DNA of 64,000 bases from a virus (taxonomy: Duplodnaviria; Caudoviricetes), in IMG/VR virus record IMGVR_UViG_3300045391_005020. One strand, written 5' to 3'. Each line of letters begins with the position of its first letter. Positions within the stretch are counted from its first letter, which is position 1. The notes below the pieces were generated by a model that saw nothing but the letters and a program-made list of their open reading frames with translations, was not told the origin of the DNA and did no database searches. Positions 8,939 to 17,537 of this stretch are shown here, in pieces. The position numbers and the translations under genes were made by a program.

Positions 8939-9165
8939 GTTCGGAACTTCGGGATGTTCTTGGTGGGATGCACGATGTGCACGTTGAGACCAGTGAACAC
9001 TCGGACCTCCATGGCCTCGTAGTAATCCCGGAGCGCCAGGATGTCGCGGCTCGTCAGGTAGGACTCAGCAGTGTCGATCGCGAAGCAGTCGGGGCTTATC
9101 TCCGACATTTCGCGACCGAGCCGATCGCCCAGCGGCGGACAGGCGAAGTATTGAGCTTCGCTCAT
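8935..9165 (-). CDS. hypothetical protein (MSEAQYFACP...)
   Basis: ATGA overlaps. Confidence 0.55.
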   Translation of the reverse strand: MSEAQYFACPPLGDRLGREMSEISPDCFAIDTAESYLTSRDILALRDYYEAMEVRVFTGLNVHIVHPTKNIPKFRT

Positions 9166-9356
9166 TCGCGATCCGGCCGGCGCGGGTATACCTGGCCCGC
9201 GATGATCGCCATGTGGTTGTCCTTGATGGCCCGGATCTCCTGAGGCGACATGATCCGATATCCGGCGTTCTCGAGGGCGTCCACGATATGCTGCGCCATA
9301 TCGCCGGCGATGTAGTTGGTCATGACCTGGTGGATGATCAGTTTGGGGCTGTCCAT
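9162..9356 (-). CDS. hypothetical protein, paralogue of 9356..9583
   Basis: Shared ALxxAGY motif. Confidence 0.6.
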   Translation of the reverse strand: MDSPKLIIHQVMTNYIAGDMAQHIVDALENAGYRIMSPQEIRAIKDNHMAIIAGQVYPRRPDRE

Positions 9357-9583
9357 TAGTCGTCCTCTCGGGTTGATTCGACGCCATCGTAGTAACCGGC
9401 TTCACGTGCATCGGCGCACATGTCGGTCACCATGGCCTCCGAGTAGACCGAGTATCCGGCCTCGTCGAGGGCCTGCAGGATCTGGTTCGCGCGATCGCCG
9501 CACTTCTCTTCGTCCAGCAGCTTCCGGTCCCCGCAGGTCCAACTCGCGAGCGTCTTGGTGATAATGTCTTTCGATGTCAGCAT
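9356..9583 (-). CDS. hypothetical protein, paralogue of 9162..9356
   Basis: Shared ALxxAGY motif; TAATG overlap. Confidence 0.6.
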   Translation of the reverse strand: MLTSKDIITKTLASWTCGDRKLLDEEKCGDRANQILQALDEAGYSVYSEAMVTDMCADAREAGYYDGVESTREDD

Positions 9584-10215
9584 TGGTTCTCGAACGAGTC
9601 GCACACGATCACGTAGATCGCTTCGAGTTCGGCTCGCTTCATCTGGGTGATAGGGGGATTCAGGACAACGTGGCGGCCGTACTTGGGCCAGTAATCCACG
9701 TAGTGATCGGCGAGGCCCTGGACGTCATCCTTGCCCATCCAGTGCACACCTGGGTTGTGCTTGAAGCGTTTCCGGCTCTCGGCGTTCGAGCGTTTGGCGT
9801 CCGCGAGCGCTGTCTTCTTCCAGGGCTTCGGAATCTTCTCGGGATCCTGCCACATGGACCAGCCTGAGTGGATCAGGTGCCACATCGAGAACGCCTCGAT
9901 CGCCTGGTGCTCGAATCCCTGCTCTGGATGGTAGATCGTCGGGTAATACATCGCCTGCCCGACCTCGCTGAAGATTGCGGCGATCAACTGATCGCGCGAC
10001 AGCCGGCTACTCTTCAGACGACGCGGGATCTTCTTGAGATCCACGGTCCCGTAGAGTCCACCCTCGTAGATGGTCTTGTCCGAGTACGGCCAGTGCAGGT
10101 GCAGCGGGCTCAGGAAGATGCTCTGGTGATCCCACTTCTTCTTGGGGTACGGCGAGGCCGCTTCGCGCAGCCGCGCAAAATCCAGCGGGGCCTCGAACGT
10201 GTCCCGCTTCTTCAC
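9577..10215 (-). CDS. hypothetical protein
   Basis: 212-aa ORF, GTGA overlap. Confidence 0.7.
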   Translation of the reverse strand: MKKRDTFEAPLDFARLREAASPYPKKKWDHQSIFLSPLHLHWPYSDKTIYEGGLYGTVDLKKIPRRLKSSRLSRDQLIAAIFSEVGQAMYYPTIYHPEQGFEHQAIEAFSMWHLIHSGWSMWQDPEKIPKPWKKTALADAKRSNAESRKRFKHNPGVHWMGKDDVQGLADHYVDYWPKYGRHVVLNPPITQMKRAELEAIYVIVCDSFENQC

Positions 10216-10460
10216 TTCCGCTTCCTCGGAAGCTTGCGGATCCGGCCGACGCAGAAGTCGAGCAACAGCTCCTTCTCGCCAGAGCCGTCGAAGTTCACCG
10301 CGACGCGGGATCCCATGAAGTCGCCAGTGACGGCGCCGACTACGGTTCCGTCCCCGAGGGTCTTGTGGCGAACTCGGTCACCTTTGCGGTACCGGAGGTG
10401 GCCGCGGCTCACGGTCCCGACTTTCACGAACAGCTTGTTACCGATGCGATGAACTTTCAT
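10212..10460 (-). CDS. stand-alone UvrD/PcrA C-terminal Tudor-like domain protein
   Basis: GDRVRHKTLGDGTVV...VAVNFDGSGEKELL resembles PcrA/UvrD CTD consensus. Confidence 0.6.
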   Translation of the reverse strand: MKVHRIGNKLFVKVGTVSRGHLRYRKGDRVRHKTLGDGTVVGAVTGDFMGSRVAVNFDGSGEKELLLDFCVGRIRKLPRKRK

Positions 10461-10461
10461 G

Positions 10462-10722
10462 TCAGATCCTTGGCCCATACTTGAGCGTGAGGCGGAACGG
10501 GGCCGGCTTGCCGCGCACCGTGAAGGGAGCGATGTATTCGAGGCCGGCGTGCACGTCGAACATCGTGCTGAGGTCGACGTATCCGAGCTCTTCCTCGTGG
10601 TACCGGTAGGTGAGCTCATAACCCGGCGCCCACTCGACCAACACCGCGTGCTCGGTCTCGTCAGGCCAGATCGGTTTCCAGCCGGACGCCAAGAGCGCTT
10701 CCCAATACGCCATCGGGATCAC
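10462..10722 (-). CDS. hypothetical protein
   Basis: GTGA overlap with Nudix stop. Confidence 0.55.
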   Translation of the reverse strand: MIPMAYWEALLASGWKPIWPDETEHAVLVEWAPGYELTYRYHEEELGYVDLSTMFDVHAGLEYIAPFTVRGKPAPFRLTLKYGPRI

Positions 10723-11156
10723 GGGTCTTCCCAATACTCGGTCGTGAGCCAGTCGAGCGTTTCCTTCATGCCGTCCATCAGGTCAGGCTGGTACACGAGC
10801 CACAGCCAGTCGGCCCAATACCAGTCCGAGCACTTCTCGGGTTCCGGATTCGGGTACGGCCACACCAGCGTCGGAACCAGGAGCACGAAACTGTGGAGCA
10901 CGTACGGCTCGCGGCCGGGCGGATTGAACGTGTTGCTGAACAGATCGATCCAGGGCCCGAATGTGTGGATGTTTAGGATCCCGAGCTCTTCGTCGAGCTC
11001 ACGCCGTGCCCCGTCGTACTTGGATTCACCGGCTTCGAGTCGGCCGCCCGGAAACTGGACGTACCCGGGAAACTCCCGAAGGGTCGACGCGCGCCGGCTC
11101 ACCAGGAGCTGACGGCGCGGATTCACCAGACAGATCTGGGTGCCTTCGTTACGCAC
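10719..11156 (-). CDS. Nudix hydrolase
   Basis: Nudix box GGRLEAGESKYDGARRELDEELGI. Confidence 0.9.
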   Translation of the reverse strand: MRNEGTQICLVNPRRQLLVSRRASTLREFPGYVQFPGGRLEAGESKYDGARRELDEELGILNIHTFGPWIDLFSNTFNPPGREPYVLHSFVLLVPTLVWPYPNPEPEKCSDWYWADWLWLVYQPDLMDGMKETLDWLTTEYWEDP

Positions 11157-11160
11157 GGGA

Positions 11161-11715
11161 TTACGGGTACTCGAACGGCACCAGCGATGCGTTCGCCTTC
11201 ACGTACAGTGGGTGCTTGGGCGAGCCGTTCTTGGTCGTCCCCAAGCACAATAGGTTGTGCTGTCGCGATACGACACGGCCACGGTACTGAGCAATCTCCT
11301 GAGCGCCCCACGCGGCGACCCGGATACCGTTCACGTGCTCGATGCACTGGGTCTTGATGAAGTGATCGTTTTCGGGACCGATCGGATCGAAGAGGGTGCC
11401 GTACAGATTCTTGGGATTCGTCGCCCGCTTGGCAAACAGGTTCACGACGGTCAGGCGATTGCAGCCCCAATCGGTCGCGAACCGGATGCACCGGCGGATC
11501 GTGGGATCATTCGTGGCCGCGTCCGCGGTGCTCGGGTTGAGCATGATGAACAAGCACGGGAAGTCGGCCTTCTTGGGCGCCTTCGGGTTGTCCCGGAGAT
11601 CGCGCGTCAGCAGGTACCGATACAGACGGTCCTCGCTGAACTCGGCAGTGTCGATCACGGGCTCGCCGTCGGCAGCGATTCGGTTGAGTCGGAAGACCCC
11701 GACGTGATTGGTCAC
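11161..11715 (-). CDS. DUF1643 family protein
   Basis: YRYLLTR, FIMLNPSTADA..DPTIRRC, NLFA.RAT.P, AAWG, PKHPLY. Confidence 0.9.
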   Translation of the reverse strand: MTNHVGVFRLNRIAADGEPVIDTAEFSEDRLYRYLLTRDLRDNPKAPKKADFPCLFIMLNPSTADAATNDPTIRRCIRFATDWGCNRLTVVNLFAKRATNPKNLYGTLFDPIGPENDHFIKTQCIEHVNGIRVAAWGAQEIAQYRGRVVSRQHNLLCLGTTKNGSPKHPLYVKANASLVPFEYP

Positions 11716-12116
11716 TTGGTCTTCTTGGCTACGCCACGAGACGGAGTCACGTACACATCCGGATTCTGGTGTGCGCCAGCGGCTCCTGCTTGTTTGCGGG
11801 CGCGGGCGACGCGCTCCTTGCGGACTCGCTTCGAAGTCACGGCAGCGTCGGGCACATCGGCCTCGGCCTTCTCGGCTGCGGTTCCGTGCGTTGCAATCGG
11901 GTAGCAGCCTTCGCGCTTATCGTCGAACACCTGGATCTCTTGGGCCGGGTGGCCGCCGTTACCGTCCTCGGGGATCATGTAGAACTTGGCGCGCTCGTAT
12001 TGGAGCTTGGCCGACCGAGTCTGCCGACGGATCAATTCCTGGCCCTCGTGGTAGGTCATGAAATTGCGGTAGCCGCGGGCCATGTAGGCAAACAGATCGG
12101 TCACGATGCTGAACAT
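11712..12116 (-). CDS. hypothetical protein
   Basis: AAGGAG RBS, own promoter. Confidence 0.65.
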   Translation of the reverse strand: MFSIVTDLFAYMARGYRNFMTYHEGQELIRRQTRSAKLQYERAKFYMIPEDGNGGHPAQEIQVFDDKREGCYPIATHGTAAEKAEADVPDAAVTSKRVRKERVARARKQAGAAGAHQNPDVYVTPSRGVAKKTK

Positions 12117-12138
12117 CAGGGAGCTCCTTCGGACCCCT

Positions 12139-12180
12139 GTTATGACAATATAACAGGTATAGTCAAGCCTATTGTGTAAT
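12139..12180 (-). promoter_or_regulatory. conserved promoter element with internal palindrome
   Basis: ACAATAGGC-TTGACT-N16-CATAAC; CCTGTTAT-N6-ATAACAGG inverted repeat spans spacer and -10. Confidence 0.65.
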
Positions 12181-12324
12181 TGGCCTAGCGGTCGTCCCGG
12201 TCCCGCTGGGCATGCCGATTCTTCCGCTTCAGTCGGTTCTTCGCGGTCCAGGTGCGATCACAGGATCGCGCACGTTTGCGGGCGCCACCGAAGTCTCCGT
12301 AGCCGCGCTGGCACGGAGGCTTCT

Positions 12325-12642
12325 TCACCGGCTCTGCTCTTTGAGAGCTCGAGCCAACATGGCCAGGTGGGTCGGGGATTCGATGTGGGCGACGTGCATC
12401 ATGGCCTGAACCGGCTCATGGGTGTCGACCACGCTCATCAGCAGGATGTCCTGCAGGTACTCGTCTTGGCTGAACCGGATGCCGTCCAGAACGGTCGCAT
12501 GGAGCTTGTTCTGCTGGGCAGAACGCAAGATGGCGCCGTAGGTAGGCACCGGCTCTGGTTGTTTGGCGAATCCGAGCGCGACGTTCACGTCAACCTCAGC
12601 GCCGGCTTTTGGTCCGGTACTGGCGACCACCCCACACATCAA
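12325..12642 (-). CDS. hypothetical protein
   Basis: Tiling; start uncertain. Confidence 0.5.
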   Translation of the reverse strand: MMCGVVASTGPKAGAEVDVNVALGFAKQPEPVPTYGAILRSAQQNKLHATVLDGIRFSQDEYLQDILLMSVVDTHEPVQAMMHVAHIESPTHLAMLARALKEQSR

Positions 12643-12811
12643 TGGCGGTCTTGACCACGCGCGTCATGCCTTCGACGAGCGACACAGCGAATTCGTAGAC
12701 CGCGATCAACGGCACAATCACGAGCCCGGCGATCGGCAGCAAGTACAGGAGCTTCAAGGAGGCGACCAGACGCGAATCCGTTCTGGCGATCCGGAACGAA
12801 GGGAACTTCAT
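12596..12811 (-). CDS. small membrane protein
   Basis: LKLLYLLPI TM; similar to C-terminal half of 12984..13391 (LKLLYLVPV). Confidence 0.6.
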   Translation of the reverse strand: MKFPSFRIARTDSRLVASLKLLYLLPIAGLVIVPLIAVYEFAVSLVEGMTRVVKTAIDVWGGRQYRTKSRR

Positions 12812-12987
12812 GGCATCCCTTGGTCGACCCAGTGGACCAAACGGCGCGGGTCAACCTTGGTGGTGGTTCCATCCGCGTTCTTGACCTCGATCTCGGCGCG
12901 GCCGGAGACCGAATTAGTGGAGATGATGATGCGTTCGACAGCGACCTGGTAGTCGTCCTGTCCGGGTGGTTTTTCGCCCCAGCTCAT
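12808..12987 (-). CDS. hypothetical protein (MSWGEKPP...)
   Basis: ATGA overlaps. Confidence 0.55.
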   Translation of the reverse strand: MSWGEKPPGQDDYQVAVERIIISTNSVSGRAEIEVKNADGTTTKVDPRRLVHWVDQGMP

Positions 12988-13391
12988 AGTTTGCCTTTCA
13001 GGAGGACGGTCCAGGTGTCCTGAACCGTCGCGGATAAGTACACGTACGCCTCGCGGCAGCAGATCAGGACCAGCCAGACCGGTAGAAACGCCAGCGTGAC
13101 CGGCACCAAGTACAGGAGCTTCAACCGTGCTCTGGTCGGAGTGTCGTGCGCTTGGATATCCCACTCGGCCTCCGCGGTCCAATCCAGGAACCGCCGGATC
13201 TGTTCCCACAGGTCGATCTTGCAGCAGTCGAGAATCAGGTACGTGACCGTGTAGATCAGGACCGTGATGACGGCCCACAGGATGACCGTTCTGGTATACG
13301 GCCACACCTCGGTGGTGCCGAGCCAGCTGATCAGCCAGATTGCGCCCACGACCGAACCGATCACGCCGAGCCACGCAAGGAGTTGTCTCAT
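12984..13391 (-). CDS. 3-TM membrane protein (MRQLLAWLG...)
   Basis: Hydrophobic helices; ATGA overlaps. Confidence 0.65.
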   Translation of the reverse strand: MRQLLAWLGVIGSVVGAIWLISWLGTTEVWPYTRTVILWAVITVLIYTVTYLILDCCKIDLWEQIRRFLDWTAEAEWDIQAHDTPTRARLKLLYLVPVTLAFLPVWLVLICCREAYVYLSATVQDTWTVLLKGKL

Positions 13392-13624
13392 CGCTTGGTT
13401 TCCCTGACCGCGGCCTTGAGAGCGTCGATGAGTGCCGGGATCGCGAACGCGTCGATGTTGATTTCGCGGCCGTTGTACCGGATGTCGAGCGAACCAATCC
13501 AGGGCACGACCTGGAAGGTCGCGAATCCCTCGTCCGAGGAGACATGGACGGTCCTGGTGTGGACCGACGAATCGTCCGACCACTTGACCGAATCCTTGAA
13601 TACCGTGACTTCCGGTTTGCTCAT
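13388..13624 (-). CDS. hypothetical protein (MSKPEV...)
   Basis: ATGA overlaps. Confidence 0.6.
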   Translation of the reverse strand: MSKPEVTVFKDSVKWSDDSSVHTRTVHVSSDEGFATFQVVPWIGSLDIRYNGREINIDAFAIPALIDALKAAVRETKR

Positions 13625-13734
13625 TTGCTCTTTCTGAACCACCACATCTCAAAGAACGCGCGTCCGAAGCTGATCGCCAAGAACGTCAGGATCAGGGTCG
13701 CGATGTAGTAATTGATCAGGTCGACGGTGCTCAT
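13621..13734 (-). CDS. 37-aa single-TM peptide
   Basis: Read manually; ATGA overlaps both ends. Confidence 0.5.
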   Translation of the reverse strand: MSTVDLINYYIATLILTFLAISFGRAFFEMWWFRKSK

Positions 13735-13949
13735 GCGCGCCATGCCTTCCAGGCTTCACTCAGGTGGTGCACGACCCAGTAGAGCCCGAAGCACCCCAGG
13801 CCTGCCATCGTGACCGCGCCGCCCCAGAAGCCGTCGGCCTGATAGCCGGTCAGGCGCGTGTGGACCATCAGATAGAGCAGGATCAACGGGACTGCGGCCC
13901 CGACCGATGCCATGAGGGCGAAACCGAGCCGATCGGTCACTTTCTGCAC
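13731..13949 (-). CDS. small 2-TM protein
   Basis: Hydrophobic segments. Confidence 0.6.
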   Translation of the reverse strand: MQKVTDRLGFALMASVGAAVPLILLYLMVHTRLTGYQADGFWGGAVTMAGLGCFGLYWVVHHLSEAWKAWRA

Positions 13950-14137
13950 TTGTGGTCTCCGAACAGGAACTCGAGGGTGCGACGCATGATCTCGACCGAG
14001 ATGCTGGATCGATCGACCTCGTAAGATTTGGCCGCGTCGTTCAGGGCCTGCCCGATCGAGATCGGGATCAAGAGGAGCGCGGTCACGCCGGCGAGCGGGA
14101 GTAGCACCAGGGCGGCCAGGAAACGACTGACCGTCAT
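13937..14137 (-). CDS. small TM protein (MTVSRFLAAL...)
   Basis: ATGA overlap. Confidence 0.55.
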   Translation of the reverse strand: MTVSRFLAALVLLPLAGVTALLLIPISIGQALNDAAKSYEVDRSSISVEIMRRTLEFLFGDHKCRK

Positions 14138-14364
14138 CGGCGCCTCTTGGGCTTCGTGGTTCGGAGTGCGTCTCGGGTCGCGTCGATCGCGACCATTCCG
14201 GTCACGCCCAGTAGCCCGGTGCACAGAATAGCCCCGGCCCAGTACATGAGCTGGCAGCCAGCGTACTGGCACTTGAGTGCCGAGCTGACGAACAAGACCG
14301 TCCAGTAGATGTTCCAGGACGTGCACAGCCAAAACAGGAAAGCACGACCGATGACGGGCATCAT
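14134..14364 (-). CDS. small 2-TM protein
   Basis: TGATG overlap; hydrophobic. Confidence 0.6.
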   Translation of the reverse strand: MMPVIGRAFLFWLCTSWNIYWTVLFVSSALKCQYAGCQLMYWAGAILCTGLLGVTGMVAIDATRDALRTTKPKRRR

Positions 14365-14699
14365 CAGTAGGACCGCTTGATCTTCCGGGCGCCGTACCGG
14401 TCGTGAGCGTGGGTGATGCTGGTCAGGGACATGCCGGTCTTGGCCGCAATCTCCTGATTCGAGTAGCCTTCGCGCTTCATCTGGGTGACCATCCGACCCA
14501 GCTCCGGATCGGCCTTCTGGTTCGGGCCTTGGCGGCCGGAACGGACGTAGCGCAGGTGCAGCTCTGACGCCTTGCGAATCACAGTGCTGCGCTTGCGGCC
14601 CGTCTTCTTGGCGATCTGGCTGTAGCTCAGCGACTCGTCCCTGAAGAGGGCTTCCCAGTCGATCTGATCATTGGTGGATGGTTGCGGTTTGGCGCTCAT
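14364..14699 (-). CDS. two-HTH DNA-binding protein
   Basis: SYSQIAKKTGRKRSTVIR and YSNQEIAAKTGMSLTSI. Confidence 0.75.
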   Translation of the reverse strand: MSAKPQPSTNDQIDWEALFRDESLSYSQIAKKTGRKRSTVIRKASELHLRYVRSGRQGPNQKADPELGRMVTQMKREGYSNQEIAAKTGMSLTSITHAHDRYGARKIKRSY

Positions 14700-15121
14700 T
14701 TAGCCTCTGCTTGCGTGGGGAGTTGCGGCACCACAGCCGTCTTGGCCTTCTGGGGCTGTTCGGTCGACACGCGGTCGACGTAGTCAGGGCCCCAGATCGG
14801 ATCGCCGGTCAGGTGCTGGATTGCGGGTAAGCAATCGGGGTTCTGGTAGGAAAAGCGGATATGTTGGGGACCGACTTCGATGTCGAAGATCTGGAAGCCT
14901 GTGGGGTTCAGGATCTCGCCCACTACGTCCTGCTCGGAGCAGTAGATCCGGAGGGCGGCCGGCACGCACCGGCACTTGTAGGTGTACGAATCCTGGTCTT
15001 CCCCGTAGGCCTGCATGGTCGGCCAGACCTCTTGGAGCCGGTAGAGCAGGTACCGAACGGTCGTCGGGATCTCGGGGCTGGCGACGGCCAGGTACCGATT
15101 CTCCACGCGGAGAGGGCTCAC
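14696..15121 (-). CDS. hypothetical protein
   Basis: Coupled overlaps. Confidence 0.6.
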   Translation of the reverse strand: MSPLRVENRYLAVASPEIPTTVRYLLYRLQEVWPTMQAYGEDQDSYTYKCRCVPAALRIYCSEQDVVGEILNPTGFQIFDIEVGPQHIRFSYQNPDCLPAIQHLTGDPIWGPDYVDRVSTEQPQKAKTAVVPQLPTQAEAK

Positions 15122-15246
15122 TTGGGGCCCTTACGGTCACGCCCGAAGGCGTACTTGGCCACCCCGACCGCGGCCTCGCAGACAGCCCAGACCATCAGGA
15201 GCGCGATGAAGTAGTGCTCGGAAGCGAAGTGCCAGAAGGAGTCCAT
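15118..15246 (-). CDS. 42-aa single-TM peptide
   Basis: Read manually; GTGA overlap. Confidence 0.45.
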   Translation of the reverse strand: MDSFWHFASEHYFIALLMVWAVCEAAVGVAKYAFGRDRKGPK

Positions 15247-15251
15247 TCTGG

Positions 15252-15455
15252 TTAGTCGTCGAGGGCCAGCAGGTGGGCCGTCATGGCGGTCTCGAAAGTC
15301 GTCCGCGCGATCTCGACTTGGGCCGCGTCCTGACCGACCATCGCGATCCGGACGGTGGCGCCGCTGGTACCGGCCGGGTACGACCAGTGCGAGACGTTGA
15401 AAAGGTTGTAACTCACGTCGCCGACGTTGAGTACGTGGACATTGGTGACGGCCAT
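15252..15455 (-). CDS. hypothetical protein
   Basis: First gene after promoter 15552 with ~90-nt leader. Confidence 0.6.
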   Translation of the reverse strand: MAVTNVHVLNVGDVSYNLFNVSHWSYPAGTSGATVRIAMVGQDAAQVEIARTTFETAMTAHLLALDD

Positions 15456-15551
15456 CTTGGGGAGCCTTTCAGTCGGACCCGAGCAAGGACGGGCCTACGT
15501 GCATGAGCGAAGATCTGGAAGTAGAGGGGGCCTTGCTGGTACGGTCTCGTA

Positions 15552-15593
15552 ACCGTACAGATATTATCCAGTAGTCAAATGTATTGTAATGAT
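15552..15593 (-). promoter_or_regulatory. conserved phage promoter element
   Basis: ATCATTACAATACAT-TTGACT-N15-TACGGT. Confidence 0.8.
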
Positions 15594-15633
15594 AATGGCC
15601 GCCAAATGGCCCAGGCCAAGATCATGTGATACC

Positions 15634-15678
15634 TAAAAAGAAGCTACGCCGGCCCCGCAAGGGACCGGCGGCTTCTTC
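15634..15678 (-). terminator. intrinsic terminator
   Basis: GCCGGTCCC-TTGC-GGGGCCGGC stem followed by TCTTTTT on minus strand. Confidence 0.65.
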
Positions 15679-15687
15679 GCGGTTCCT

Positions 15688-15888
15688 TCATGGCTGCCAG
15701 AGCAGGAATCCGACCCACGAGTTCCACAACAGGCTATACCCGTCATGGAAGAACGCGGTGCCGCGGTGCCACTCGACCAATGTCTTGGTGCCAAAACCGT
15801 CCCGGAAGTACGCGGTGATTTCCTGACCGACCGCTGGTCTTACCAGCCGGCCTGAGCGGTCGCGTCTCCCCAGCTTCTTCCCCGGCAT
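15688..15888 (-). CDS. hypothetical protein (MPGKKLG...)
   Basis: Tiling. Confidence 0.45.
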   Translation of the reverse strand: MPGKKLGRRDRSGRLVRPAVGQEITAYFRDGFGTKTLVEWHRGTAFFHDGYSLLWNSWVGFLLWQP

Positions 15889-15889
15889 G

Positions 15890-16246
15890 TCAAGACTCCG
15901 CGGGCGGATTGAACGCCAGCTCGTATTTGGTAGCGGTCTGCTGGAGGCTGTGTCGCCACTCTGACGGCTCGTCACGATCGTGGATCATCTGAAGCCTGAG
16001 CCCGAGGCATTCGTGCTTCCTCGTCGGGAATAGCTCCTTGATAGCCGGGCGCTCGAGCAGGTCTTCGAATCCGACTTCCATCTCCGGATTGTAGATCTCG
16101 TCCGGGATCAGGCACCCGATCGCACACATGCGCCCTTCGGGGCCGCGGTACAGGCACTGTTCTCCGGTTTTGAGAAAATGACTCGATCGCGCATTCTGGG
16201 TTAACAAGTGGGTAACGACGCGGTCGAACATTTCTTGGAGGTCCAT
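15890..16246 (-). CDS. conserved phage hypothetical protein
   Basis: CLYRGPEGRMCAIGCLIPDE...LQMIHD pattern recalled from phage proteins; TGATG start. Confidence 0.7.
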   Translation of the reverse strand: MDLQEMFDRVVTHLLTQNARSSHFLKTGEQCLYRGPEGRMCAIGCLIPDEIYNPEMEVGFEDLLERPAIKELFPTRKHECLGLRLQMIHDRDEPSEWRHSLQQTATKYELAFNPPAES

Positions 16247-16479
16247 CAGGGGCTCCTCTGCCACAAAACTTTGCCTTTTGGGGTCCGGACTTCGTCGATG
16301 ATGACCCGGCAAGCATAGCAGTCCTGCCAGTACTCGCCGTCTTGATCGGTGGCCCTCAATTCGGCCTCACGGATGTTGTGCGCTTTAACGACACGCGTCT
16401 CCGCGTGCGTGACCCGCACGTCTACCGAGAATTCCTTGAGCCGATTCCGGTTCCGCTTTGTCTTACTCTTCGTCCTCAT
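16246..16479 (-). CDS. small VxAxxxxEA-type (DpnD/PcfM-like) protein
   Basis: VVKAHNIREAE; start uncertain. Confidence 0.5.
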   Translation of the reverse strand: MRTKSKTKRNRNRLKEFSVDVRVTHAETRVVKAHNIREAELRATDQDGEYWQDCYACRVIIDEVRTPKGKVLWQRSP

Positions 16480-16699
16480 CCTCGCCCTCCTCCTCGAAGT
16501 CATCGAGGTCCGGCCAGACTTCCTCGCCGGTCTTCTGATTGGTCACGCAGGTGACATGACCTTCATTTGATTCGGAGCAGTGTTCGGCTTCCACCATCTC
16601 GGCGGCAGCCTTGGCACTCGGGGCCATGACGGTCACGTCCCGGTACGTGACTTCCTCGACGGTCACCACGTACTTCTGTTTCTTCAGCTTCTTGGCCAT
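16463..16699 (-). CDS. small DpnD/PcfM-like protein with acidic tail
   Basis: YVVTVEEVTYRDVTVMAPSAKAA. Confidence 0.6.
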   Translation of the reverse strand: MAKKLKKQKYVVTVEEVTYRDVTVMAPSAKAAAEMVEAEHCSESNEGHVTCVTNQKTGEEVWPDLDDFEEEGEDEDEE

Positions 16700-17127
16700 T
16701 TGGCCTGTCTTTCTTTCCGCTCTTTGCGGCATGCCTTGATCTCGTCCTCGATGATCTCGGCTTCGGTTTTGCCCGGCTTCCATTTCCTCGGTTTCCATGC
16801 CTTGTGGGAATCGAGTCCGACCAAGATCGAGCACGTGTATTTGGAGACCTTGGCGCTCAAGATGCTCCAGCCTTTCGGGAGTCGGAACGCAATCCACGTC
16901 GGCTCGCCCGCCTTGGATTTATCCGGGTAGAGAGTGCCGCGGCCGGCGCCAAGGTAGACCTCGTGGGATCCGGCACCGGATCCGTACCCGTCAATCTCAG
17001 GCCATTTGGCCACCAGGTCGAACGTCCACTCTTGGACTTTCGTGCCGATGTTTCGGCAGTAGCAACCGGGGTTGACCCTGATCTCGCCTTGCACGACCGT
17101 TGGATTTAGGCGCGGCTGTAGGGTCAT
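16684..17127 (-). CDS. hypothetical protein
   Basis: ATGA overlap. Confidence 0.55.
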   Translation of the reverse strand: MTLQPRLNPTVVQGEIRVNPGCYCRNIGTKVQEWTFDLVAKWPEIDGYGSGAGSHEVYLGAGRGTLYPDKSKAGEPTWIAFRLPKGWSILSAKVSKYTCSILVGLDSHKAWKPRKWKPGKTEAEIIEDEIKACRKERKERQAKWPRS

Positions 17128-17537
17128 GACGCTTCCTGGGGCTCGCGGATTTGGCAATCCACCAGTTCGTTCGACTTGACGCTGTAGAACACCTCATGGT
17201 CGCAACCGGATAACAGCCACAGCTGCTGCCTGACGTCGTCGTTGAGGGTGTCCCAGATCCCTTCCAGGGTAGCGATGTCATCAACGTCTTCGCATCCCTC
17301 GTGGGCCTGAATCGTCTCTATCGAGACGCCATCGAAGGGATCACAGTCGCCGTAATCCCACGGGTTGAAGGTAGCGTCGCTGCAGTCCTGCATGTTCAGA
17401 ACCTCGCGCTTCGCCGTGGCTGCCGCTTCGGACCGATACGATTCGACGATCCTGAGCACATCACCAGTCGGAAGATGGTGGTTCTCGTTGTCCTCGTCGG
17501 TCTCGAATCCCATCTCGCACACCGAGTAGATCTTCAT
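17124..17537 (-). CDS. acidic YRS/DCxxREP family paralogue 1
   Basis: Ends DCQIREP; shared motifs with three other ORFs. Confidence 0.75.
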   Translation of the reverse strand: MKIYSVCEMGFETDEDNENHHLPTGDVLRIVESYRSEAAATAKREVLNMQDCSDATFNPWDYGDCDPFDGVSIETIQAHEGCEDVDDIATLEGIWDTLNDDVRQQLWLLSGCDHEVFYSVKSNELVDCQIREPQEAS

